In this document: piece by piece, positions 36,797 through 48,426 of the stretch
Layout of the letters: every line of letters starts with the position of its first letter
Position numbering within the stretch: the first letter of the stretch is position 1
Assembly: GCA_032718475.1 (NCBI GenBank)
Contig: JAUCBJ010003873.1
Coordinates: 1 to 53,844 of the forward strand
Direction: 5' to 3'
Length of the DNA: 53,844 bases
Origin: Nemertoderma westbladi
Lineage: Eukaryota > Animalia > Xenacoelomorpha
Made by a program: the position numbers and the translations under genes
Notes under the pieces: model-generated
Seen by the model: only the letters and a program-made list of their open reading frames with translations
Database searches by the model: none
Told to the model about the DNA's origin: nothing

Positions 36797-37770
36797 TTAC
36801 TTATTCCCCCAAAATAAATACATACATATTCCCCCAAAATATGTACCGGTACTCATTCCCCCAAAATAATTACATACATATTCCCACAAAATAAATACTT
36901 ACATATTCCCCCAAAATAAATACTTATTCCCCCAAAATAATTACATAATCCCCACAAAGTGAATACCGGTGCATATTCCCCAAAAATAACTACTTATTTC
37001 CCCAAAATAATTACATAATCCCCCCAAAGTGAATACCGGTACATATTCCCCCAAAATAAATACTTATTCCCCAAAAATAATTACATAATCCCCACAACGT
37101 GAATACCGGTAGGCCTACATATTCCCCCAAAATAAATACTTATTCCCCCAAAATAATTACCAGGCCCGTAGCCAGGGGGGGTTCGTTGGTTCGAACGAAC
37201 CGCCCTTTTTGCCTTTTTAAGAAATATTCTCCTTTTATATTCACCTATTCCCTATTCGTAAAAGTGCCCATTTCCCGTAAAGCAAATGTTAAAGTTACAT
37301 TAGCACAGCAAGAAACAGCAGTAGCAGTTAGGATTCACATTATCCCAGTGCCAATGTGCTTTAAAAAGTACCCCACAGATTTCGTATTGTGTTTCAGATC
37401 ATCCAATCTCAACCCCCGCCCTATTGCGACCTTATTACTATGCTCTGGCTAAACCAATGGATATTTGTCATTATTTAAACAAATTAAAAAAGTGCCCTTT
37501 TTTGAAAAAACGACCGCCCTTTTAAAATCCTGGCTACGGGCCTGATTACATAATCCCCACAAAGTGAATACCGTACCGTACCGGTACATATTCCCCCAAA
37601 ATAAATACTTATTCCCCCAAAATAATTACAATCCCCACTAAGTGAATACCGGTACATATTCCCCCAAAATAAATACTTATTCCCCAAAAATAATTCAATA
37701 CCCCACAAAGTGAATGCCGGTACATATTTCCCCAAAATAAATATATACTTATTCCCCCAAAATAATTCAT
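36797..37770. repeat. Modular minisatellite (tacttattcccccaaaataa / ttacataatccccacaaagtgaataccggtacat)
   Basis: Directly visible repeated modules on both sides of an inserted MITE. Confidence 0.9.
37161..37544. mobile_element. MITE with 16-bp CAG-ended TIR and 5-bp TSD, inserted in the minisatellite
   Basis: caggcccgtagccagg / cctggctacgggcctg; TSD ATTAC; the empty-site unit aataattacataatc is seen in neighbouring repeats. Confidence 0.9.
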
Positions 37771-38237
37771 ATTATACCAAAATAAACAGACAATCAGTTA
37801 CAGACTGTTGGTACGGGGATCGTCGGTATAATATGATTAAATATTTTGTTTGATTTATGGAAATAAAAAATGATTGAATTTATATAAATAAATTATATAC
37901 TAATTCCATACTATGCTATGTATGTGCTTCACGACACGCGGCTCAACGACTAAAATCCGTTCTGGTTTTAATGCGCGTGGCTATATAAGGGTTAGGCAGT
38001 TTAGGTGATCGTAGATCATACTATCCCTGCCAGCCTGTCGTCGCCAAATATATTGGTTTCCCCAAGTTTCGTAAAGTCGTTCGAACGAGTTTGCAAAAGT
38101 CGGTGAAACAAACTTGATTGAATGTTTGTTGGTATAGAAACCACTCCACCGAATTAGATTTATGTTTCCCGAGTATTGTAAAGCCGTTCGAACAAGTTTG
38201 CAAAAGTGGGGGGGATCAAAAAAAAGATTACAAAACT

Positions 38238-39778
38238 CAGTGCCGGATTAACCTTAAGGCATATAAGGCACGTGCCTTAGGGCCAGACGAAAATACGGGC
38301 CATTTTTTCTCAGCGAGTCATTCCTGTGAAAAAATTATTTTGATCTGAAAAGTCCACATTTTTTCTCACTAAAATTTCTAGAAAACAGTTCAAAAGTGCA
38401 TCTTTCGACTACTTCCTATCACTACATTTGTGGTAGAAATTGCAAAATTATAGCTCAATCGACCGACAGCTGCTTGTGTTATTAGTTCAAGACCTGATGG
38501 CAGGGAAATAATAAAACATGGGCAGTAAAACATTAAAGTGCTAATTATGAACAATGGAGAATTTAATTTTATTTATTTGTGGGGAATTATTTGTAGTTAC
38601 GTACTTAAAACTTTCTAAAACAACTAAATAATGACGTGGTGACATTTCTGCATACTGGAAATACTGTACATCGTAAATCAAGGGTCAATTAATTTTTTTC
38701 ATCGGAAACGAGATTTATTAATATAGGCCCTAATAGATAAAAAAAAAGGATTAATTTGTTATAGATAAAATATTTGTTGATAAAAAAAAACGTGTCAGAA
38801 ATAACTTCTTGTCACTACTGTAATTTAATTTAACCGAAATTCAGATGTTCTGCCCTCGTGTATTGAATTTTGCACTCGATGGTATTTTAGCTGCCAATTC
38901 CTGCAAAACCTAAAACTCTCGGACAGCATAATTGAATTTGGGTAAATTAAAATTTGTGACAAAAAGTACTTATTTCCGAGACTGTTCTCTTATCGAAGAA
39001 CATTACTTTCTCAGCAAGTCCAAATATAGATCAGAAATATTATATCTTTGCTCTAAATTAATTACTAAGCCCCACACTTTTGGTGTGTTATATTTCTCAG
39101 CAAGTCCAGTAAAGATAAGTACCCTGCGAAACCTACCCTACAGCAAATACGCATTTCCTAACAAATTGCTAAATACCTACAGGGACCAGTCAGCTTTAAG
39201 GGGGCTCACTTTAACCCCTACAGAAATGAAATTTTCGAAAATTTACACAATTTTTTGTGGTTTGATAGAAGGGCTTTAAGGTGATATCGGTTTTCAACAT
39301 TGAATTATTTTTTGACCTCAAAACTGCTCTTTTCAACAACATAATAATTATTGCTTATATTTATGCCTCTCTGTATAAAACAACCTTTTTATCAGTTTGT
39401 CGATTTTGACTTTTTTCATCACTAAATTCCCTACTACTTTTTTATTTTTTACTCAATTTCCATTAAACATATACAAAATGTTTAGCATCTTTACGGCTAC
39501 AATCGTGAATATTGGTTTGTAAAACATGGCCATTTGGATCTTCTAGAACCGATTTTGTAACTGCTACATTTTGTCTATCACAAAATAGTACTTAGTACTT
39601 ATTTATACACACAGTCATCAAACGAAATACTTTATATTTCCTTCGCAACATTTTCACAATTTCAGTTGTTTTTAGCTTTTTCTTTTGAAAGGGTTTGCGG
39701 AAAAATATCAATTTTCGGGCCATTTTTAGAAATTACTAAAATGTGCCTTAGGGCCACCAGAGGCTTAATCCGGCACTG
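38238..39778. mobile_element. Non-autonomous hAT-type DNA transposon (1541 bp)
   Basis: TIR cagtgccggattaa / ttaatccggcactg; 8-bp TSD ACAAAACT at 38230-38237 and 39779-39786; subterminal gtgccttagggcc at both ends; no transposase ORF. Confidence 0.9.
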
Positions 39779-39831
39779 ACAAAACTGGCCGCTTAGGGCC
39801 ACCATAGAATAGACTAAGACTAATGTAATTA

Positions 39832-40064
39832 TCCGCTTTGCAGGACATTGCTTTCGCCGTGAGGACCAGCCAGTTCATAATCTTGTACTTTGGCAGCCTC
39901 ATGGAGTGAATAAGCATGGTGGACAGACCATGACTTTCTTGAGACGCATCTTAAAGGACACTGGCCTTGAAGATGCGGATGATCTAGCAAATGTCATGGG
40001 TGATAGGGAGTTGTGGTGGCGCAATTAGCGTGTAACAGCCGTTTAACAAAGCACCACAGAGTAT
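39832..40064 (+). mobile_element. 5'-truncated RTE-type LINE (3' end only)
   Basis: Translates as RFAGHCFRREDQPVHNLVLWQPHG..LKDTGLEDADDLANVMGDRELW, typical of RTE C-termini; flanked by ATGTAATTA at 39823-39831 and 40065-40073. Confidence 0.75.
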
Positions 40065-40429
40065 ATGTAATTAAAGTAATTAATTAATTTGCTTGACCAG
40101 CATATATCAGTAGAAATTTAACATAGATCTACAATGTGAATTGATCATATGTTAAACGTAGATATACAGTAGATACCGCAGCATTAAAATTAGAATTTAA
40201 AAATTAAAATTTAGCATACGTCATACAGCAAAACTATTGGCACACGTCATACAGTAAAACAAATTAATTCGAATAAAAATTATGTTTGTGTACAAATTTA
40301 GGAGAGAGTAAAATATGGGTTGGTTTCGAACATAGTTTTATCCAACTGCCATGACATGACAGTGGGGCAACAAATCAATATCAGATAGCAGTTTTTTGAA
40401 CAAACTAATGTTATAATAATTAATTAAGT

Positions 40430-40790
40430 GTAATATTGCTTATATTACATCGAAAGGCTAGGAAGACTAGCTGCCAAATACGGAGGTCTTGGTCACCGGA
40501 GTGTCAAATTTCAATTCGGCTTGTTCGTACTCTATGCTCGGCCCATTGTTGCCCTGCCATCTAATGTTGTCCTTGCATCTAGCAAGGCAGCTAGTCTTTC
40601 TAGCCTTGGATCTAAAGCAATATGTTCGCTGAATCGAATGTCCGAGGAGACAATAATACCAGGGTCTTTAGCTTCAGATACATTATTGGCTATGTAGGGT
40701 AGGTGGTGATTATTCATGTGATACACACGATTATTTTTACAACCTATAACCTTATTTACTAACACTAAACCTACTGCACAGTGCACATGC
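40430..40790. mobile_element. Rearranged CR1/L2-like LINE RT remnants
   Basis: Minus strand KDPGIIVSSDIRFSEHIA and plus strand FGLFVLYARPIV resemble the KDLG..H and YxRP motifs; aggctag.aagactagctgcc is present in both orientations. Confidence 0.45.
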
Positions 40791-41999
40791 AGTAGCTGTA
40801 GCTACTCCTACTACTTATACTGTACCTTATCCTGTAATATGGGTAATTATATTACTAGCGCTTCGATCATGAACTTAAAAAATTCGCCTAACTAACAGAA
40901 ATCAGCCAGCTACTCGGGTAATAGGAATCACTTCATGCAATTAGGCCTACGTTCCGTTTATTTTGCTGTTTTTCCGGTTGTTTTAACTGGAGGAGTAGGA
41001 ATTACTCCGAGGGCTCCCTCTTCCTCATGATTGAAAAATTAAGCTTTCAAATTCAAATTTCCATTATGAAGGATTTAGGCAAAACGACAATTTTATTTTC
41101 AAAGTGACACTTTCAATGTCAAGTAATCTACCCCGAGTCATTATCTGAGAAATTGGGAAAGGCAGTAAATGGCAATAATGTGATGTAACTAACCCTAACC
41201 AAAACAATAAACTAAAATAGATATACCGATATTATCTCAGCTATAGAGAAACTTTCTTATAAAAATATCTTGTAGATATTTGAGAATCCACAAAAACGAG
41301 TGCCAATAACACTTCAATGAACGAACTCGGGCTCCCTGCCTGCTAACTTATTTAATTAGTATCCACTCCGCAGTCAGTTACATATGAGATGCCGGTTGTT
41401 TTTATCGGATTACCAGGGTGCCAATATTCCTAATTAAAGGTAAACGACACACTGACTAACGGCGCGGCGGCTTGTTATATGTCATATATTTTCTTATAGA
41501 ACATAGGCTTTAGCTTTCGTCCAGTTACCGGGTATCATTTAGTGCATGGCGGTTAGGTTTAGGGTTAGGGTTTGCGATAAATACATGCGTATGTTGACTG
41601 TTGAGAGCATGTTATTATATTATATTATATTTGTTTTGGTTTGTTGTTTTTTGTTTGTTTTAATTGTGTTCTTTGATGGCCCTACGGGCCATAATGTCTA
41701 CTATTCCTACTGGGCATAATGTCCTGATACTAAATTTTTTTGTAGTTTGTGGTTTTTTTTTACTTTTTAGTTAATATTCCTAATTCGTCATAAAATATAC
41801 ACATTGCCAGGCGTATGCAATAAAGTGGACTTCTATTGGCTAATATAATGAGGGTATTTCTATTGCCTGAGTGGGAGTGGCTGATTTCTCAGTTTCTCAA
41901 TTTGTAAGTTCATCATCTAAAGTGCTAAAGATAACAATTTGAATTAACCGCCAAAAATTTACTGCGTCATTTTACCATTTGAATTTCCGAATTTGAGAT

Positions 42000-44958
42000 C
42001 AGGTCAGGTCAGGTATTCTAGGTCATTGATCAAGAAAACTTGCCACCTCCATGCAGCATAAAGGAGGTGCCACCTGTAGCTGCATAGACCCTCTTACTAG
42101 GGCAAATCTGGTCCTGTAACTAGGACCCCCTTCGTTCTGGGATAAGGACGCCCGTGGTCCTGGATTAAGGACCCATATACTTGGCTGCAGGGGTATATGA
42201 CCTGGCCAGGCAGATGGTAAATTACCAATGGCTGGTCAGGAGTAGAGTGTTCTCATGTTCACTCTGAGGGCACTTCACTGCGACCTGCACCTGGCAGCAT
42301 GGGTACAGGGCATGACCCAGCAGATGAGCTGCAGAGCCAATGGTGGGTCATGTGCGCCAGAGTAGATATGGGTGATGGGCCTCATACCTGACTCCACTGC
42401 GACACCCACCCTGTGGAATGGCAAACCAGGGTGTGGTATTTGCCCCGAGAGCTGACTCGGCAAAAAAGCACCCCCCAACCCCCACTATGGATTACATTAG
42501 TAATGCGGAGGTCCAGCCACTAGAGGCCAGTGGAATGACTGGACACAATCGGCCTCACAGGCGTCAGTTATCTCCTGACCGGCTGCCTGTCTCACCCCCT
42601 ACTGGAGAGAGAGCGGCAAACGATTCTTTGAGTCCCTTTCTTGATGACCTTTCTGGCCCAAACCCTGGGTCACCAGGGAGGCCAGATTGTGAGGGGGAGA
42701 GGGATTCTGGAGTTGGAGGCTACTCTCATGTTCCACCCCGAACAACAAAGCCATTGGTGAATCTGAGGCAAGTCACTAGACTAGCCTCAGTATACACCCT
42801 AACACTCGGGTCCCCAATGCGACAAGGTGAGCTGACTGCCTTGGCAGATAAGCTTTCTCTTAGTGCAGTGGGTGTTCAAGAGCACCGAATGCAGACTGGA
42901 CAGACTGATGAGGTTCTGATTAAGGACATGGGGGCGGTTGGCGACTCGCCCTCGCTTCAGCAGATGATAGTGGCAATGGTGGAATTGGTCTATTGATGAA
43001 TCCAACTGCACATGCAGCATTGGACAAAATAGACCAAATCTCTAACCGCATCATCCGTTGCCACTTCTCATGTTCTGGAAGACTGGCTAAGAAATTTCCT
43101 AAGGTGGTGCTGATTGTGTGCTACTCTCCAAGAGGTACAACTGTAGAGGAGGTGGAAAATTTCTACCAGAATCTACAAGCAGCTACTGATGGAGTGGATC
43201 AGCATGCATTCTTAACATTCCTGGGAGTCTTTAATGAAAGTCTGCATCAATCACCTACATCGCCCTGGGTCTATAGCAATAGTGTTAACCGAAATTCCGT
43301 CCATCTTCAGAATTTTATCTCTGAAAATGGATTGTTTTCGGCTGGAACCCAGTTCAAGAAGCGAACTGGAAAGCTATGGACTCATAGTGGACCCAGTGGT
43401 CACAAGTCCCAGATAGACCATATCCTGTTTCGTAGGAAATACATGAGCTCTATACAAGACTGTAATGCATTTACACTACGACCCTTCTCCAGTGATCACC
43501 GCCTTATTGTGGCCAAGGTAAGACTTAGTCTGCGTGCTAGCAGAACAACGAAATCTGCCTTGCCGCGGCATGACTGGTCCTCTCTGTTGCAACAGCCAAG
43601 TGTGAGATCCAGCTTCACACTACAGCTGAGCAACCGGTATGAGGTTCTTGCCTCTGAGGCAGCAGATCACTGTGAGGGCTATACTGCCTTCACTGAGGCA
43701 GTTAAGTTAGCAGCTGCAGAAACAGTTCTTGTATACCCTCGAAACAGAAACAGGCCCCCTGGACTGACAACAAAATTCAGAAGTGCCGAAATGACCTCTA
43801 CAAGGCACAGAAAGAGTCCCGACTCAAACAGACTACAGCGGCCAAGAATGTAGTTAAGGCTGCATCTAGGTCCCTGAACAGGCAGTTATCTGTTAATTTA
43901 CAGGAGCTAATAAACCAACAGGTTGATGCCATCAATGATGCTGACGACATCAGGCAATCATCCCAGTCATGGAGGTCGATCAACTTGCTTGCTGGTCGAA
44001 AAAGCCAACCAACCACCAAGGTTAAGGCTGAATCACCAGCCGATCGCCTCAATGGTTGGAAGGCCCACTTTGAAAAGCTCCTCAATAATGACAGGGTATT
44101 GCCTGATAACGTTATAGTAAAAGTGAAAGTAAAAGTGTCTGAGTCTGTACTCCCAGATATTCCCATTGGTGATATCTCCTTTGCAGAAGCGAAGGCTGCT
44201 GCAAAGAGCATTAAGACCAATCGTGCCAGTGGAGTAGATGGTGTTCCCCCTGAGGTCTTTAAAATACCTGAGTGTTTAAAGCTCATCTATCCCATCATAG
44301 TAGACATGTACCGAACAACAAGAGTCCCACAAGAAATGAAAACAAATAAGTTGGTGCCAGTTCCCAAGAAGGGCAACCTAACACTCTATGGTTCTTTTCG
44401 GGGAATCTCATTGATCTCGATTGCTGCAAAGCTATACAATAGAATTATATTAAATCGCATCAGGGATCCCATTGAGAGACTGCTCCGTGGAAATCAGAAT
44501 GGGTTCCGTAAAGGTCGTGGGACCATGGAGCCCATTTTGGCACTTAGAAGGATAATTGAAGAGTTATCAAAAAAGAAAGACAGGCATCTGGCTGTTATCT
44601 TTGTTGACTTCTTCAAGGCCTTTGATTCAGTCTCTCGCTCACGTATGTTCAGCATACTTTCATTATATGGGATCCCTGATGAAATTATTGCAGCAATCAT
44701 ATCAGTATACGATGGTTCGACAACATTTGTGTCTACTGTTGACGGTGACACAGAACCATTTGAAGTGTTATGGGGCGTTCTCCAGGGAGATACACTTGCA
44801 CCATTCTTGTTCATAATTGTTGTTGACTATGTTCTACGCATGTCCTTAGATCATCATAATGATGATGGGGTGATGATAACTCCACCTACTGGCTCCAGAA
44901 GTCGAGGAAATCCTGCCAAGTACCTAAGTGATCTAGACTTTGCTGATGACTTAGGAGT
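42000..44958 (+). mobile_element. RTE-type LINE (AP endonuclease plus RT), frameshifted and interrupted by element B
   Basis: VGVQEHR, SQIDHIL, SDHRLIVAKV (APE); RGISLISIAAKLYNRIILNRI, NQNGFRKGR, FVDFFKAFDSV, GVLQGDTLAPFLF, LDFADD (RT); the 5' boundary is approximate. Confidence 0.9.
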
Positions 44959-46168
44959 TGTAAAAGCTTTTGTGGGATAACTGATTCGTTTGCCTTGTTG
45001 GCCAGTTCCCCCCCCGGTCGCTAGAATACTCTAAAGGGGATCTATAGTTAAAATAGTGCAAGCTACCAGCTTATTGGCTGATTTGCTGTACGCAGGTATC
45101 TGGGCTCTGTTTAATCGGCCAACCAGCCTAGAAAGGTTGCGTCATAGCCTTGTTTTTGTATCTCCCAATAGAATTTGAGTTAGCGTTGATTTTGACCTAT
45201 CACAGAGCTACTGAACTGAAATTTTCCTATCTCACTGCTCTTTCTCTGTGTTGAACGGGAGCTTCGTGGAATAAGGGTAGTTGGTATCCTCGTATAGAGC
45301 AGTAGTCACGAGTTTTTCAAAGCCACGAAAGAACGGCTTTGTAGTGTTTTGTGCTTTCTGCTTTTTAGCTCAACACTAGTAGGTTTAATTATAAGGACAT
45401 ATATCCTTTAACTCATGGAATCACTGCAATTTCGTAATCACTGCTGACACACGGCTTTTAATAACTGCTGAAACTGCTAAAATTACCTGCTCAATCAATA
45501 CTGTATATTGCTATTTGTTGTCGGTTATTCATTATATTTGTTGATGAATTATTATATTGGAATAACGAGAAATAACCCCGACACCCAATATTCTTGATAT
45601 ACCGAAGGTAAGAGAGAAAGGTTACCAATAACGATTGTGACTTATGTTAAAGTGGTTTGAAGTGAATCTAATGTTATTTGATAGACCCTACATGAGTCAG
45701 TCTGTGTTCCTTTTATATGTGACTAAAATCAGTGAAGATTGGCAGATTAGTGTGCAGTATTGTGCAGCATTGTGTACGAGTGAGTCTGTTAAAGAAGCAT
45801 TTCCTAAAGAATGCGCCATATATGTGAATTATAATTAAGCCATATCGTTGTGAGTAGTTTAAGTCATAACTCTGTTTATATAAATAAAGCGCCACGTCCT
45901 AAAGGAACTGTTAATATTCCCGAAGGTGAATAATATTGTCAGAGATTATATAATACTGTCAGTCGAATAATACATTAGGCTTACATAGCAATAAAATTAA
46001 ACCGTCGAACCCAATCTCCCGGGAATATCCAGCGGGTGAATGATCGCGCACAGATTGGTTTCGACTAGTGTAGTGAATCAAATACTTGTCATAGGCTAAA
46101 AAGCGATTTAATATCTAGAAGACATTAATTTGGCGGGTTAAACTGCCAAAGGTCTGAAAGCGCGAACA
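44959..46168 (+). repeat. 5' LTR of element B (1210 bp)
   Basis: TGTAAAAGCTTTTGTGGGATA...AAAGCGCGAACA; boundaries inferred from homology with the element A LTR termini. Confidence 0.88.
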
Positions 46169-46180
46169 TTAAAGGATATA
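46169..46180 (+). other. Non-tRNA primer-binding site of element B (TTAAAGGATATA)
   Basis: Directly follows the LTR end; exact reverse complement of TATATCCTTTAA at 45400-45411. Confidence 0.75.
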
Positions 46181-46544
46181 GCTTCTTTATCGCAGTAAGC
46201 AATAAAGTTGAAAGTACCGGTCAACCGGTAAACCTGAACCGGTACATCTGTAGGTCAGTAGGCCCAACTGCCAGAACCGGTACTGCCGTAGGTCCGTAGG
46301 TCCAACTGCCAGAACCGGTACTTCTGTAGGTCCGTAGGCCTAGCTGTCCTAACCGGTACTTCCGTATAAGTACACTAGTATTATTCGATTTGATTGTTGC
46401 ATACCGGTAGGCTGTTTAAGGGATTAGGGATTGATCACCCCTTATTCCTTTATATGGTTTACTTATTTCTGTCAAGTTTTATTTATTTGTAGGCCAGTAT
46501 TGAACAGAAGGCGTGTAAACCTGATCAGATTGTACAGACGATTT

Positions 46545-47050
46545 GTAGGCTGAGCTGTTGTCTGATTGCTGTTAAGTCCGAACGAATTGCAGTGTGTGTA
46601 GATCACCCGTCCGATTAAGTACGGTTAGGAAGTAGGGGCAGCGAATGCTGTAAGGTAAACCCCCAACTAAAGAATAAGTCGTACTACTGGGTTAGAACGC
46701 ATACTCCCTAATCATTTCGGAGTCTGCATGTCCTGTAGTTTATTTAGGCTTGAGAGTAGTCTGCCATCGTTTAGTCTGTACTTTGTTTGTGTAAGTCTGT
46801 ACGGGTAGCGTATAATTTTATTTAGATAATTTGTAGGCTGGATAGTTGTCTGGCTGTTATTAGGTCTGAACGGATTGCAGCGTGTGTAGATCACTTGTCC
46901 GATAAAGAACGGTTAGGAAGTAGGGGCAGCGAATGCTGTAAGGTAAACCCCCAATTAAAGAATAAGTCGTACTACTGGGTTAGAACGCATACTACCTAAT
47001 TATTTCGGAGTCTGCATATACCGTAGTTTGCTTAGGCTTGATAGTAGTCT
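46545..47050. repeat. Tandem duplication (period 288 bp) in the 5' leader of element B
   Basis: aataagtcgtactactgggttagaacgcatact at 46673 and 46961. Confidence 0.88.
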
Positions 47051-48426
47051 GTCAGTGTTCGGTCTGCATTTTGTTTGAGTAGTTTGTACGCGTAGCGTAA
47101 TATTTATTATTCAGAGTTTATGCGATTATTCGCAACATTCATTCCCCAAGCTTGTTCCTACAGTAATTGTGTTTGTTATACATACCGCTATAGTTAAATT
47201 AACCCCGGTACTACACGGGCTGCTTGGCGTAGGTAAAGACTGGTGATTTTGTGCATCGGTCACTCCAGCAGATGCCGTGGTTCTTTTAGCTGTTCAAGTA
47301 TATTTAACTACTGATTATCTGTTGTACAAGTACTCGTACCTAATTTAGGGTTTAGTGTACAGTACTTTCCGAAGTAATTAGTGTAGACATTATATTTGTG
47401 TTGTAAAGTGGTTGATAGGCACGTTCGATTAGCTCTATTAACTTCTAGGTAGGAACACTCCGTGATACATAACGTAGAACCTATAGCGATACGGTTATAG
47501 GTCGTCAGGCGGTGGTATTTTTCTATCTGGACAACGCAGTGTATTTACTACTACTTATTATTTCAAATACCGCAGTACCCTGTCCGTTGTAATAACCAGA
47601 ATTCTAACCCTTTGTTAGGCTGGTTTGTAGACTTCTTGTAAAATTACCCTGAAAATTCGTATTTTGCGTTTTTGTAAATTTTTGTGTTTATTTAGAGATT
47701 GTAATCTCACCCGAATTGTACGTAATTTGTAGTATTAAGTAACTTAGGTAAATTAGAATCATTTATTTTAGTGTCCTGTACGTAACACTTCACTGAAAGC
47801 GTACCGCTTTGTGTAGTGATTACCCCAGAAATAATAACATTTATTTCAAACATTGACTAAACCCATTAAAACGGGTATATATATATTATAAATAAAGTCT
47901 AACGATTTATAAATAGTAGGCCTACCATATAACAATTAGGTCTCAATATCAGTTGGACTACTGCTTAAATAACGGTAATAAAGTAAGTTAAAGTAACCAA
48001 GTAACCCTAAAGTTCAGAAATTCAATTATTCTAAAATAATTGACATACCGGTATTTACAATAGGCTTATTATATTTATTTCTATAAATTTTAGGTTGAAA
48101 TCATACCGGTATTCTGTAATTAATTCTAGTCTGTAATTATACTTATATATATACACTATAAGTGTAAACTGCATACCGGTATCCACGATAGGCCTATTAT
48201 ATATTTATATATATTTGTGCTAAAATTATACCGGTATTCGGTGATAAACCTAGTCTGTAATAATAGTTATATATACTATAAGCATACCGGTATTCTAATA
48301 TATTATATATCACGCTACACTGAGTAGCAGTACCGGTAATTAATTACTAGGCTAGCAGTTAATACTGAGTTACTAGACTTGCTCAGACTGTGATACAGCA
48401 GTAGACATTCAACTGTATACATAAAC

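Noticed and set aside
41548-41575. Telomeric TTAGGG repeats
   Set aside because: Only two or three imperfect units; common inside dispersed repeats
42000-42420. HDV-like ribozyme in the RTE 5' UTR
   Set aside because: Known in some RTE elements and hairpins are visible near 42200-42265, but I could not assemble the nested double pseudoknot by eye; needs an Infernal or RNArobo search
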